DNA from: Eledone cirrhosa
Taxonomy: Eukaryota
Direction of reading: 5' to 3'
Assembly: GCA_964016885.1 (NCBI GenBank)
Contig: OZ024740.1
Coordinates: 226,858,001 to 226,922,000, forward strand
Length of the DNA: 64,000 nucleotides
Both the position numbers and the translations under genes were made by a program. Numbering within the stretch: the first letter of the stretch is position 1; each line of letters opens with the position of its first letter. Under the pieces are notes generated by a model. That model had not been told where the DNA came from and did no database searches. It saw nothing but the letters and a program-made list of their open reading frames with translations. This document shows positions 14,249-29,697 of the stretch, one piece after another.

Positions 14249-17200
14249 GTAAGTTAAAAATCTTACTATTTGGGAAACATTAAAATAGGAATTACATACA
14301 TTATTGTATCTTTCTTATAAATAACTACAACAAGAATTTGAAATGTGAGTTTGTTATTGTTGTTCACACTATTAGTGTTTCCAAAAGAAATAACAACAGA
14401 CACTTTATTTAACACTCTACTTGTCCCTTTACTACCTTTAGATGAGTCAATTCTGTTACAAGCATTAGAGCTAGAACTCCAGTTTGAAGACACCTACCTT
14501 CTATTAGTCTTGTTGACCTTGATAAGGATTGTGAGCACTGCCCTTCTCTCCCCAACTAATCAGGAAAAAAAATGAAAAAAATAATCAAAGCAGGTTTCAC
14601 ACTTTAACATTCCATATGTATTTCATCTTAAAATATTAAACTACTGACCATAGGATTATAAGTCCAGCTCTCACTGAGCCAGGCATCTATTTCTGCTTGC
14701 TCTTGTTTATCTCACTGAACAAAAATGGACTTCACTTCTACTTCCCAATTTAGTCATTAGCAATAGAAAGCTCCACTTACAGTAAAAACTTCTGCTTCAT
14801 CTAAATTGTATGTAAAAATGTTTATATAATATTCTAAACACCAGTAACATAATGTGGAAGATACTTGATCTTTCTAAATTCTTTAATATTCTTCAAGAAG
14901 TGCATTACATTAAAAGTATGGTCACAAGTGTTTATACCCTCATTATATCACATTTCTTATTTGATTGGTTACTTCTATACGATGGGAAGTGTTAATCAGA
15001 GATGACTAGAGAGAATACAATTTAAACTCAAATTTTCCAATGGATTGCATTGGTATTAAACAGTTAGATTAGTTATTTTTATGCTCATTCAATAATATCC
15101 AGGATTATACAATATGTAATGGCAACAACAGCAACAACAACATCAAAGATGATCTCAAATTAAAACTAAAGGCCAATTAAGTAGTCAATTGAATCAACCA
15201 CTGATGAAAAGGAAAGCTGGAAAAGCAAACTAATGTAGGATTTGAACACAGATTATAAACAAACATTTCCTCAGTACACCAACACCCAAATGGCAGAAAG
15301 CATTAAAAAGGTTAGAGACAACATAACTAATACCACAGGCATTTTATCTAGTATTCTTCTATTTCTGTCTCGCCAGCAACATTAGTAGCAACAAAAATAT
15401 TAACAATATTAACAACTACAAGCTTTAGTCTCTTGGCAAGATTTTTAACATAGTAACCCTTATTGATTCATATAATTGCTTTCTTGGAAACCATTTTCTC
15501 CAGAGGTGAATGAAACTGCTACTGAAATTGCTTGGTGAAATAGTTTTAAAATATTCATTGTTCTCTTAATAATGTAGTTACTTTTGTCATGCAGTAATAC
15601 CATGTTCACACATGCAAATGTGGCAGACTTAATTTCAAAGCTGATCATGGACACATTTTTGTAATTTCTAATGGTGTGAGGTGTTTAGACTAGAATATCA
15701 AGAACATTTACAAATTCATACATTCTATGCAGTCCAATTATATTAGAACATGCTTCAGCAAGGCTATATGCATATTGGAAGTGTCGCCAAGTTAAATTGT
15801 TCTTCAATACAATACATGACCCAAAATAATTATTTGATTTAGCCTTTTTTGAATATCATCTCCATCTTCATCATCATCATCATCATCACCATCATCATCA
15901 TCCTCATTATCATCATTGTTATTGTCATAATCCTCATTATCAACTATTGTCATCATCATCCTCACTACAACTATCATTATACTCATCATCATCATCATCA
16001 TCATCGTCACTGATATCATTATCAACATCATCATCATCATCATTTTTATATCTGTTTTCCTATGTTTGGTGGGTTAGGCAGATCATCTTTAACACAATTC
16101 GTGATATTTTGTTTTATATGCTTCACAACAAATAGCACCCAGCAGACACTGTAAAGTGGTCATGTAGGTGACACAACAAAAAGTACCTAGTACTCACTGT
16201 AAATACAGTTGGCATGAGGAAGAGCATCCAGCCGTAGGAACTAAACCATAAATAGTTTTGTATGAGCAAGACATGGTTGCCTGGCCTGACTTGCTTCAAA
16301 TGGAACAACCCATCTAACCCATGCTAGCATGGAAAATAGATGTTAAACAATGATTATGATAATGCTTCAACATATAAAATCTGTACTCATTGCTGGTTTC
16401 ACCTCTGTATATGGCCTGTAAGTTACTATCTTAATAATGAAATAATTAACAATTTTAGTAAATCTTTATTAATTAATTGAAATAAAGTGTATTTCATTAG
16501 AAACAAACTCACAAAAAAGTTAAAATCCCCATTATAGCCTGGAGAATTTTAATAAACAGGAAGTGTGCAGCTGAAAACTAACTCCTGATATTAAGTTTTC
16601 ATCATCAAAATTTCTCGCTTGACTCATTGTTAACCCTCATCTTGCTGATGGCAACTCAGTACATGTCTTGCACATCTCTCACATATAGAACATGAAACTC
16701 TGTCAAAGCCTTCTCTGAATCAATGATTAATTTCATATGAAGCAATTTATTTTCACTTTTGTTCTAAAGCATCATTACTAAAACATTGGATTAGCCTATT
16801 AATGGTTAGCAATAATAACCATGGCCTTGGATTTATTTCACAAGTCCAGATGTCTTCAAATTTCTTATAAGGGAAAGCAAAAGCACCTGGCTTGAGTTGT
16901 TTTTTATTTACACGATTGTATGGTTATCTATTTTCTCTCTATCATTACATCTTGTGATCCTTCTGACCAATTCTTATAAGAAAAGATGGATAAGATGAAA
17001 GATATTATGGTAATTGCAAAATTATTGAAAATGATGAAAGGGGAGAGGGAGGGATAGGGAAGAAGGTGGAGATGGATAATGAGAATTAGGAAAGTGGTAT
17101 AAGGAGAGAAAGAGAGACAGAGGGAGTAGAGAAGGAATGAAAGCGAATATAAGGAAGAGAGAGAGATAGAAAATACAGCGAATCCTTCAAAAATCTAAAA

Positions 17201-18130
17201 AAAATCTAAAAGAGTTAAATATAGAGAGAGATAAAGAGGGGGAAAGGGAGAGAGAAATAGGTGGAGAGAGAGCAAATAATAAATAAGACATAAAGAGAGA
17301 AAGCCTTAAAAGACGCATGTGTGAAGCATGTAAGACAGATGGAAGGATATTCAGACATGCATACATGCATACATATATACATACATATTCACACACATAC
17401 ACACAACATATATATATATATATGTGTGTGTGTACACACGCATACACACACACACACAGCAAGTGTGTGGGGTGGTGACTATAGTGAGCAAGGAAAAAGT
17501 GAGTTATTATACGTGAAGCATTCAGTGCAGACACTAGCTAGGTGTATCATTGCCACTTCAAACTGCATCTTTCAGACATTGCATATGAGGGAACAAAGGA
17601 TTTCACATCCATCCAAGTCAATAATGTAAAGATGGGAAAAATTCTAAAAATTGACACTATTCGAAAATAAATCCAGCTGCTTGTGAATACCCTTTAAAAT
17701 CAGCTCAATAAAAGATCAACAATGGCCTGATTATCAAACACTTATTTGACTGGATTGGAACGATTCAGAAAGACTGTGCATTTTGTAAAATAAAATGTAT
17801 ACAACAATTGCAATTGATTAGAGTACTGTTTCAGTCTGTAAAAACTGACATAAAAACAATAAATAAATAAACAAATGAAAAATAAAAAAATAAATAAAAA
17901 GGAATTCTGAATACCAAAGAGTAAAAATGGAATTTCTAAGACTTCCATTTCCACATGTTTTATTACATTCATTCTTATAATAATTCAATTTGGGTTTGCC
18001 ACATTTTTACTGATTTTTGATAAATTTATCTGAAATTTATCATTATATATACTTGCAAATGTCTTAATAAATTTGACTCAATCTATTTTTGATTAGTCTG
18101 GAGGGGTATATGTGTCTACGTGTGTGTGCT

Positions 18131-18200
<70 letters not shown>

Positions 18201-18365
18201 AGTAGATCTATTCATATACTTACAACATTGTCATAATGTTTCAGCAAACATGTATGCCCAAAGCTTTATCAGAGAAGAAGCTTCAGTAGAAATATTAATA
18301 AATGAACTATATATTGAGTTTTTCTTATTTTGTTGGCTACTACGATCAGAAGATAAGTAACTTAC

Positions 18366-18483
<118 letters not shown>

Positions 18484-20025
18484 TCATTTGAAGGTAAGGA
18501 TTTATTCTGTTATTGCTATATATGTATATATATATATAATCACTGGATATCAATCTAAACCCTTATTATATTTATATACAATCATCAATCACTTTATGGT
18601 ACATTTTATCATGTCACCAGCATTAAAGTGGCTGTTTACGATTCTACTAAACAGTATTCTCTATCCTGTATCTGTTTTTATTCAGTTATTGCTTGATGGG
18701 TTTATAACACCATGTCTTTAAATACAAATACTTTAGTTGTTTTTATTCAAGTTACCATTCGGGTTCCTTTAACAGAACCCCCTCTATTTCAAGTTCACAA
18801 TCCAGGTCTCCATTCTCAGAATACCTTCCTACCTCCCTTCCACAGGTTTTTCAGTGTCTGAAAAGAGCCATAGATACTGCCCTTCCCTCCCAGACTAAAC
18901 AGTAAAAGAAGCTCCAATTTCTCACAGATACACATATTTGTTGTTCTTCATGTTTCTAAAAAATGTTGTCTCCATTCTTCTTGTTGATAAAGATTGGCAA
19001 CAAAATAGCAGATATGTCTTAAAGTAAGAGAAAGAATTAGAGTGAAATCCTTGTAAAGCAGATAAACTGATAAGTTTTGCTGAAGATAAAAATCTCAACT
19101 GATGTCTGCCTCTACATTGCTGAGTCATCAGAGGGGGCTTTTTTGTCTCTCCCTAAAGAAGAAAATAGATTATACTTAATCAGTAAATGACATCTTCTTT
19201 GTCTCCTATAAACAGCTGCTGCTAAGACAGTAATGCAGTTTTCAACACTCAGCCCAAGACAAACATCTGGACTTTAGTTCTCCTAGAAGCTTTGATCAAA
19301 TAATTTTTAGTCACTCACTCACCAAAAGATAAAAGAATAACTACAATTAGGATTAAATTGTTATTAACCTTTCTGTTCTATTTCATTGAATCCTAATCTG
19401 TTACCATTTTCCTTTTAAATGGAATAGCTTTTGTGGAATAATTTCTGACTTGTTTTTTTTTAATAAGACTTTTAAACATTCGAAACCAAAAAATATAATA
19501 TAAAAAAACAATTATTTAAACACAAAACAAAAAAGAAAAAATCGAGAAGAAACATAGAAAAAATGTAAGTTTGAATTTTAAAAAAATGAGAAAACGATAT
19601 GGATGAATGTAATTCAAAGAATTTTATATAAATTTCAAATTTCTTCCCCAAAGAATGACTAAATAAAAGTTAGAAAGCACGAAAGATATCACACAAAAAT
19701 AATCTTGTTAGAAAGAATATTTTATTTTCTTTCATTTCCTTCCATTTTCCAGTCTCATTAATGTTCACTATCTCTCTTTCTCCCCCTCTATATAACTTTT
19801 ACTTTCAATCTTCCCTATTGTGATATTTCTCTCACTTTCTCTTCATATTCACTACATAGTTTTCCTTACCTCTGCCTTTCTCATTCATACAGACACACAC
19901 ATATACACACTAACACTAACACTATCAACTCCCTTACAACCATGCCTCTAATCATATATTTGCTTACCACCCCTTCATCTTTCTCTCTCACTCTGTACAC
20001 TCTCTACAGTATATATATGTATATA

Positions 20026-20183
20026 TCATCATCATCATCATCATCAGTGTTTAACGTCTATCTTCCACGCTAACATGGGTTTAGACGGGAATTGTCCCAC
20101 TTGAGGCAAGATAGGTCGTCTCACTTGTATGGGACTGTCTGGCAGGTTTTCTATGGCTGGATGCCCTTCCTAACACCAACCAT
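20026..20183 (-). mobile_element. RTE 3' UTR fragment
   Basis: Matches 36541-36695 (gtttaacgtc...ggctggatgcccttcctaacaccaacc). Confidence 0.8.
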
Positions 20184-20186
20184 GTT

Positions 20187-20223
<37 letters not shown>

Positions 20224-20452
20224 ATGTATATAGATAGATATTACATACATTCTTTTTTACCAATAACCACTCCTTCATTTTCTTACACAACACACATACA
20301 TGCAATGTATGCTGTAGCAGTACAAATTTGTGCAGTTGTTATTCTCTTCTCATTATCTTCTGTTAGACCAAAGAACTTTCATGAATATTGCTACAATAAA
20401 GCAGACATTAAGACACTTTCAAGTTCTTTTTTATTTTTTTAGTCAGACAATG

Positions 20453-20483
<31 letters not shown>

Positions 20484-20586
20484 TAAGGTATAAATAATTT
20501 TGCTATACTTTTATATATATATATATATATAATATATATATATACATATATATATGTATATAAAATGGTAATATATTTCTATTATC

Positions 20587-20628
<42 letters not shown>

Positions 20629-20825
20629 TCACATGCACAAGCATATGTATGCATGTAAATATGTCTATATATATGGATAAATTTATGTCTACAATTTAAG
20701 TAAAAATAAAATTACTAAATATATAAATGGGTTTGAAATTTATGTAATGTTTTTTTAAATTTTAATTGATATATTTATTGTATGCATGTTTTACATCTTC
20801 AAAATTTTGTACATGACTAATATGA

Positions 20826-20914
<89 letters not shown>

Positions 20915-23771
20915 CAGAGATGTAGAGAAATTCAATTTACAGATATTTATATGAGCATGTATATATACCTATCTATATGATACAAATTATTATATTTTTA
21001 CATATACTTTTATATATATGTGCAATTGCAGAGGTAGACAAATGTATGAATAATTTGTTGTATGATGTAGCTAGAGTATTAACCCCAAAGTTTTTGTATT
21101 CATCTATAAATCTTCATAAAAGTATTTATATATATATGTCATGCCATATATATATAAATGTGTGTGTGTGTGTGAGTGTGTGTGTATGTCCAAATATCAA
21201 AGTGAAGAATATATATATATATACACATACATACATTGATACATACATTAAAATTTGAAAGCTACTTGCATTTCTTATGAAAAGTCTTTCATGTTACACA
21301 TGCATACACACACATATATATATATATATATGTGTGTGTGTGTTTGTTTGTGTGTGTTTCTCTGTGTAAGTTTTCTTTATTAGTCACAAATAATGCTTAT
21401 ATTTTATTGCACACACATACATACACATACATTTGATTTTCTATATGTACTAAAGATTTACTATCAATATTCAAACTCATGTAAATAGGTAATGAAGTAA
21501 GTAGATACATTCATGTATATATTTATAAAGTGTTTGTTTACTATATATATTTGTAAATAACTAGGTCTATGCATATACCTATAAATGTCTAAAATTTTGA
21601 TATTAAAGACCTCATATATTTAAGAATTTTAATGTCTGTTATATTTCCAATGCCAAATTGATATTTATGAGCATAAAAACCAAAACAAAAAATATTATTA
21701 CTATATACTATCTTCTTTTATTGACAATGTAATATTTAAAAAAATCCATTATTGCTATTCTTACATTTGCTGCAGTCTCTACAATTTTAATTTACATACA
21801 TTTATATATATTTATTAGGTCATAAGATTTATAAATTTCAAGTATTTGTTTTAGTCAACAGATATGAAATAAAAAATAGTTCAGAATGATTTTGTTTTCT
21901 GTTATAAAATAATTGGCAATGGTTGTTTGAGTTATTGAGGTTGTGTACCAATACAACTTTGGCACACTAGGAGTCAGAAGTATGATATATCAAAGAGTTA
22001 AACAACTTTCCTCTCACTATTTGATCTTGGAGGCCATAAAAGAGACAAGCAACTAGTTAGCAACATAGGAGTTCAGTAGTAACCCATTCATGGCTGCATT
22101 TCTAATGAAATATGCCCTATTTTAATTAATTAATGAAGAATTTTGAGGGATTTATTAAAATTATTAATTATTTCATTACTAAGATAGTAACTTAATGTAA
22201 GGTTCTTGTATAAAATTATGTTGGGAGATTTTAATTTTAAAATGGGTGATTTTATTTCATAGAACCAGAGCCATTTTATGAAAGTTTTTTCAAATTTTTT
22301 TATTCTTTTACTGGTTTCAATTATCAGGTTGTGGTCAGGCTGGACCACTACCTTCAAAGATTTTTAGACAAATACATCAACTCCAATACTTTCTCTGGTA
22401 CATATATAATTTGTTTAGCAGGATACAAAAGGAAAAGTTAAGATTAACATTACTAAAGGTGTCTCACTTATAAATATAAACCACTGGGTATATCTGTTTG
22501 TATATACCGACTTTTGTTTGCCCCGTGCTAATATAAAGACACATACAGGCTCCATCTACTTAAAATATTACTCAGAAGGTATTAGTCAACCTGATATTAT
22601 GACAGAACACACTTGTGCAAAGAACCTCACTGTATGATCGAACCTAGAACCAGTAGTTACAATGCAAACTTCTTAACCACACAACCAATCCACATCATGT
22701 ACTGTGTGTCTTTATATTTATATTTCTTATATATTAAATGAAACACTTGACATGTCTTATACATTCTTTATCTCCTATCCTCAGTATAATTGTTATTAGA
22801 AATTCTAAAGAGTTCCTTTCTGCAACACTGATTCTTAGACATCACCTTCTATTTGTTTTCATATCTGAGCCTTAAATCAAGTCTTTCTTTCTCTCAAATC
22901 ATATTCAGTTGTCTGTGAACCCATCTTTCTGCTAATACTATCCCAATGTCTAAGACCTAATCCATTTTCGTCTACAGACAAAGATACCTGTCCTCTTGGT
23001 CTAGAATTATTTTGACAGATTCACCCTAGCATAAACTGAAAAGAATGTTGATATGTGAATTGGCATTCAGCCTGCACATGCAGCCAGCACTCTCTTTTGG
23101 AAGACGAATTTGCTACAGAGGAATGTATAATCCATTTACAATGACCCATGATAGAGCTATTTTGTTTTACTACTAATGTATATGATTTTATTATGATAGA
23201 ACTTTTACATGGATGCTATTATTTCACCTTGTGCATTGTATAATGACATAGAATTGAAATGGTTAGTTAGTTGATGAAGAGGGTCATGAGTTCAAATTGA
23301 ATTATTCTATGCTGTCCATTTTATTTAAATTGCTTTCTAACTGCAAAATTAAAGACATGAGTTAAGTTTTCAATTGGATGAATGATTCTAAAGAAGTGTA
23401 GTCATCCGTAAAAGTACTTCTTCTATGTCTGAATACACAAAAATGTTTCAATAAAAAATAAATAAATAAACATTTCTTACAGTATTTATACATTTTAAAT
23501 TCAAATATTTAAAGTTAGAACTTAATTTCTCCTTTTTAATGCGCACTTTGCCAAAAGATAGGAGGTTCTTTGTGGTATTTTAACATGCTAGAAATAGCAC
23601 CAAAAATCTCACTGGATTTGCACATTACTGTATTGAAAAAGAAAAGAACACATTCGGATGGTGATGGTACATATAAAACATGGCATGGTTAAGGGTTGAT
23701 GCCCTTCCTAAATGTGATTCTTTTACAATATGCAATAGAATAGCAAAGCAAAGGCATGGAAAGAAACAAAC

Positions 23772-23893
<122 letters not shown>

Positions 23894-24459
23894 ACATATA
23901 TATATAAAATCAAATATATAGATGGAAAAATTAGCTTATAAATCATTCATAATTCCTTACTCATGTTTCAATTATACATTCAGTTATTCAAATAATGTTA
24001 GGTGAAAATTCATATAATCAATATCTATACATACACAATGATATATAGGTATATTTTTGCACTTCTCCATCTTTAGAGAAGTAAAAAACATACTAAATTG
24101 AAACTTAATGTATCCGAAATCCAATTTGCACCTTAGACAGGATGGGGAAACTTAATTGCTATATATATGTATATATTCGGTAGAAAAGGATGTAATTCAC
24201 TTCAAGCACTCAACGGCATATTACTCCTTTAAAATAAAGATGATGGAGTATATTTATAAAGAGCAAAATGCGAAGTTGTAGATGTTAGAGTCTTTTATTA
24301 ATTGAGTCATTATACATTAAATATATGCTTACACTGGTATCTACTTGCCTAAATATGAATGTACAAGTATATATGTATATGTATATATATATACAAATAT
24401 ATAAGCCAAAACTGGAAATATGTAAATGAGACATAACCTGAGAAGTCAGTCGATCCCGT

Positions 24460-24542
24460 TTAAAGCCGAGCTTCTCTGTAAGATTGGAGCATTGGCGGCC
24501 CATCTGAGTAGAGAGCCCCGCAAGGTTGGGTGGCTGTTGCAG
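24460..24542 (-). CDS. Candidate exon, (A)ATATQPCGALYSDGPPMLQSYREARL*
   Basis: Conspicuous GC-rich non-repetitive island 24436-24548 beginning at CAGCAG; upstream sequence is purine-rich, so the acceptor is poor. Confidence 0.25.
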
Positions 24543-25485
24543 CTGCTGTTTTTTCTATATTTCCCTATTTTTATTTCCTTTTGTTTCCCCACCTTTTTTT
24601 ATCTTCCTAAAAAGGTTTTGTTTTGTTTTGTTTTGCTTTTGAATAAATATTTTCGAAGTTATTATGTTGTCTGTAACAATTCATCCAACCCATGCTAGCC
24701 TGAAAAATAGGGATGTAAAATGCTGCTGTTGATGATGATTATAATGATATTTCATTTCTATATATTGAGGAGCTTATATCATTGACAAATCATATATATT
24801 TACTTGAATTCTATAAAATAAACACAGACACACAAACACAGCCACCTTATTAAAAATTGGAAGTAAAACAGCAGGAAAGCAGTTGAGCTTTCTGTAATGT
24901 TATTTATGCTTCAGATGTCAGGAAATCACTGTGAAATATATATATTTTACATATCATTGATTAGCTCACAGTGGGCTTTACATGAAGCATTAAGAAGACC
25001 AGGATATCTCTATGTTACAGTACACCTCAGCTAACAAATACAAAGCAATCAACTATTTAATGTACACATTTTAGATACAGATGGCAGCACTTATGCAAGC
25101 ATATAGGTCATGTTATATTTATCATGCTATCCCATTTGTGAAAGCAAACCCAATTGTAAAAATAAACTTCCTATAAATATATATAGTATAGGATTATTTT
25201 TTTTTTCCTGTCATTTATTTTTTTTTTTTCCTTCTATAAAAATAACCGACTGAGCCTTCAGGGCAAGAAGAAATATTTGTTATCATTGCCCATATTATAT
25301 ATTTATTTATTATTGTCATAATCATCATTATCATCACCATATCATCATTATTATTATTACTACTACTATTACTATCATGACTACCACCATCATCATCATC
25401 ATTGTCATCATTATTTCTTTCACATCTTGTTTTCCTGCAGTTTTGTTTCTTGTACAAACACGCATACAAACACACACACTATCAC

Positions 25486-25516
<31 letters not shown>

Positions 25517-25541
25517 ATATATATATTATATATTATATATA

Positions 25542-25633
<92 letters not shown>

Positions 25634-26196
25634 TATAATATATGTATATATATATATATATATATAAATATATAATGTATATATATATGATATATATACA
25701 CACACACACACATATTATATATTCATATACATAGGTATATGCATTCATACATGCATACACACGCACACATACACACACATTAACACACACTCACAATGTT
25801 AGTTGTGTTGGCTGATTGGAAATGTGGAACAATCATGTTGTCTTATTTAGCTAACATGAGCAAAAGTGAATTGAAAATGTTGGGAGCAGAATGCAAGTAA
25901 CATTGTTTACTGCATTAAGTGATTTTACTCTCCCGATGGGGAAGACAGCAAACATTGAGAATGAATGAAATAGTGGCAGAGATAGAGAGAGAGACGGAGT
26001 CGTCAGGAGAGGTAAGGTGGGGGAGATAGGGGTAGGTAGAGAGAGGAGAAGACAACAGTAGTGTTTAGGGAGGTTGGAGAATTAAACCAGTGAAAGGAGG
26101 GGTTAGAAGATAAAGTGAAGTGTATAAACGTAGAAATAGAGTTAAATTAAATATATATATATATATACATATATATAATAATAATCATCATCATCA

Positions 26197-26271
<75 letters not shown>

Positions 26272-26363
26272 CACACATATATATAACATCATCATCATTT
26301 TACATCCGCTTTTCCCTGCTTGCAAGGGTGGGACGTTATATATATATATATTCATATTTATAC

Positions 26364-26466
<103 letters not shown>

Positions 26467-26524
26467 TACATATATATATATACATATATATATGCATATA
26501 TATATATATATACATATATATATA

Positions 26525-26594
<70 letters not shown>

Positions 26595-26619
26595 AATATA
26601 CATATATATATACATGCAC

Positions 26620-26717
<98 letters not shown>

Positions 26718-26971
26718 ACAAAAGTGAAAAACATAAAAACACAGATAGAAAGGTAGGCAGAACTGCATGAATGAAGAGGGGGGGTGGAGGGGAGGGGAGA
26801 AGAAGAAGTGAAAGAAAGAAAGAGTAAGAGAGTATGAGTGGGTTACAGAGAGAGAGAGAGAGAATGAGAAAGGGAGAGTGGGAAAGAGAGTGAAAGTCAG
26901 AGACTGGATTAGAAAACATGAATTATCAAGAATATATTAGATACAAGAGAAATGATGTTAACAGAATAAAA

Positions 26972-27328
26972 TAATTGTTTCTACTTTTGGCACAAGGCCA
27001 GCAAATACCCAGTGCATTACTGGTACTTTATTTTATCGACCCCGTAAGGATGGAAGGCAAAGTTAACCTCGGCCGGATTTGAACTCAGAATGGCAAGGGC
27101 AGTAACTCTATGCGTCAAACCATGTTGCCCGATCCTCTACCGATACTGCCAATCCACCTCCCTAACAGAATAAAATAATTGTTTCTACTTTAGGCACAAG
27201 GCCAGCAATTATCCAGTGCATTACTGGTACTTTATTTTACCGACCCCGTAAGGATGAAAGGCAAAGTGAACCTCGGCGGGATTTGAACTCAGATCGTAAA
27301 GGGACGTAACTATGCTGGAAAGCATGGC
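26972..27328 (-). mobile_element. Two tandem SINEs (26972-27161 and 27175-27328)
   Basis: taacagaataaaataatt duplicated at 26959 and 27163, consistent with one copy inserting at the tail of the other. Confidence 0.9.
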
Positions 27329-27338
27329 TATATATATA

Positions 27339-27400
<62 letters not shown>

Positions 27401-27407
27401 GTAATAA

Positions 27408-27876
27408 TAATAAATTTGAAGACTAAAATCCAAAGAGGGCTCGATAAGGATAAATATATATCAAATATATAAGAACCGTAGAGCAAATATTTATTAAAAT
27501 AACAGATTAAAGTTTAAGCAAAGAATCGCTGCTTTCACCCTTAATGGGATCTTCTGAAACTAACAAAGTCAATCTGTAAACGCAGAACTGGGTATTTCAA
27601 AAAACGTTGCAACCGGAGGAAGACAGGAAGACGATACTTTGGTTCGTGGAAACGTTCGCTGGCTAAGAACGGGAAAAAACGAATATAATACGTCATTAAT
27701 AGGAGCAGTGAAAAACAATTACGCGCAAAGACAGAACCACGTTTATGGTATAAAAGAGGTCGTAGACTAATGTTCTCTTAGGTGGTGCATAAAGACGACC
27801 TCTTTTATACCATAAACGTGGTTCTGTCTTTGCGCGTAATTGTTTTTCACCGCTCCTATTAATGACGTATTATATT
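27408..27876 (-). mobile_element. Penelope-like terminal repeat fragment ending in an 82-bp inverted repeat
   Basis: Next to (TA)n, CpG-rich, carries a hammerhead-like fold; second rearranged copy at 37554-37711. Confidence 0.6.
27511..27561 (-). ncRNA. Variant hammerhead-like fold (CAGAAGA core) in a Penelope-like repeat
   Basis: Minus: AGTTT-CAGAAGA-t ccc attaa ggg t-GAAA-gca(gcgattctt)tgc-TT-AAACT; stems I, II and III pair, but the core has U4>A. Confidence 0.45.
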
Positions 27877-27985
27877 ATGAGGTTGACTTTGCCTTTCATC
27901 CTTACGGGGTCGATAAAATAAAGTACCAGTAATGTACTGGGTAATTGCTGGCCTTGTGCCAAAAGTAGAAACAATTATATTATAT

Positions 27986-28016
<31 letters not shown>

Positions 28017-28291
28017 ATATAATTGTTTCTACTTTTGGCACAAGGCCAGCAATTACCCAGTACATATATAAATATATATATATATATATATAATTACCCA
28101 GTACATATATAAATATATATATATAATATTTAATATATATAATAATTACCCAGTACATATATAAATATATATATATATATAATATAATTGTTTCTACTTT
28201 TGGCACAAGGCCAGCAATTACCCAGTACATTACTGGTACTTTATTTTATCGACCCCGTAAGGATGAAAGGCAAAGTCAACCTCATAATATA

Positions 28292-28292
<1 letters not shown>
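27870..28292. repeat. Inverted duplication of a truncated SINE with internal partial re-copies
   Basis: Both arms share the same truncation point, flank and cccagtacat variant. Confidence 0.92.
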
Positions 28293-28372
<80 letters not shown>

Positions 28373-28373
28373 G

Positions 28374-28405
<32 letters not shown>

Positions 28406-28414
28406 GAGTATATA

Positions 28415-28575
28415 TCATCATCATCATTTTACATCCGCTTTTCCCTGCTTGCAAGGGTGGGACGGGAACTGATACTGGCTTGATTTCTACAGCTGGATGC
28501 CCTTCCTAACACCAACCTCATTTACAGTGAGTGCTGGGTGCTTTTTTGCCGTGGCACCTCCATGACCACTTTGTA
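28415..28575 (-). mobile_element. Chimeric RTE-tail element
   Basis: Tail ttttacatccgcttttccctgcttgcaagggtgg (as 58406-58440) joined to a body matching 63085-63235. Confidence 0.7.
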
Positions 28576-28611
28576 GTGGAATGATAGGGACCTCAGTCCC
28601 TATCATCTCAT

Positions 28612-28750
28612 TTCTACAGCTGAGTAAACTGGAACAATGTGAAATAAAGTCTCTTGCTCAAGGAAACAACACATTACCCGGTCCGAGAATTGAACTCACA
28701 ACCTTTCGATTGCAAAGACAATGCTCTAACCACTAAGCCATATGCCTCCA
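28612..28750 (-). mobile_element. Second tRNA-derived SINE family (relatives about 4230-4370 +, 58105-58345 +, 50400-50500 -)
   Basis: Minus: ggcttagtggttagagc (A box), gttcaattc (B box), then gtgttgtttccttgagcaagagactttatttcacattg body. Confidence 0.75.
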
Positions 28751-28776
28751 CATACATATATATATATATATATATA

Positions 28777-29301
<525 letters not shown>

Positions 29302-29613
29302 CCATATGCCTCCATATATATATTATGGAATACTGTTGGCTTCTTGCTACAATGTTTTCTATACCTTTCATTTATATATATATATATATTTATACACACA
29401 CAGTATATATATAAATATATATATATACACACACAGTATATATATATATTTTTATATATATATATATACACACACAGTATATATATATATATATATATAT
29501 ATACATACACACACACAGTATATATATATATTATATTTGTATATATATGTTTAATTGTTTCTACTTTTGCCACAGGCCAGCAATTATCCCAGTACATTAC
29601 TGGTGCTTTATAT

Positions 29614-29644
<31 letters not shown>

Positions 29645-29662
29645 ATGTATGTATATATATAA

Positions 29663-29697
<35 letters not shown>

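Noticed and set aside
19085-19135. CTGATGA plus hairpin on the minus strand
   Set aside because: No GAAA after the stem.
26972-28292. CRISPR-like repeated units
   Set aside because: Eukaryotic SINE copies with irregular spacing; no cas genes.
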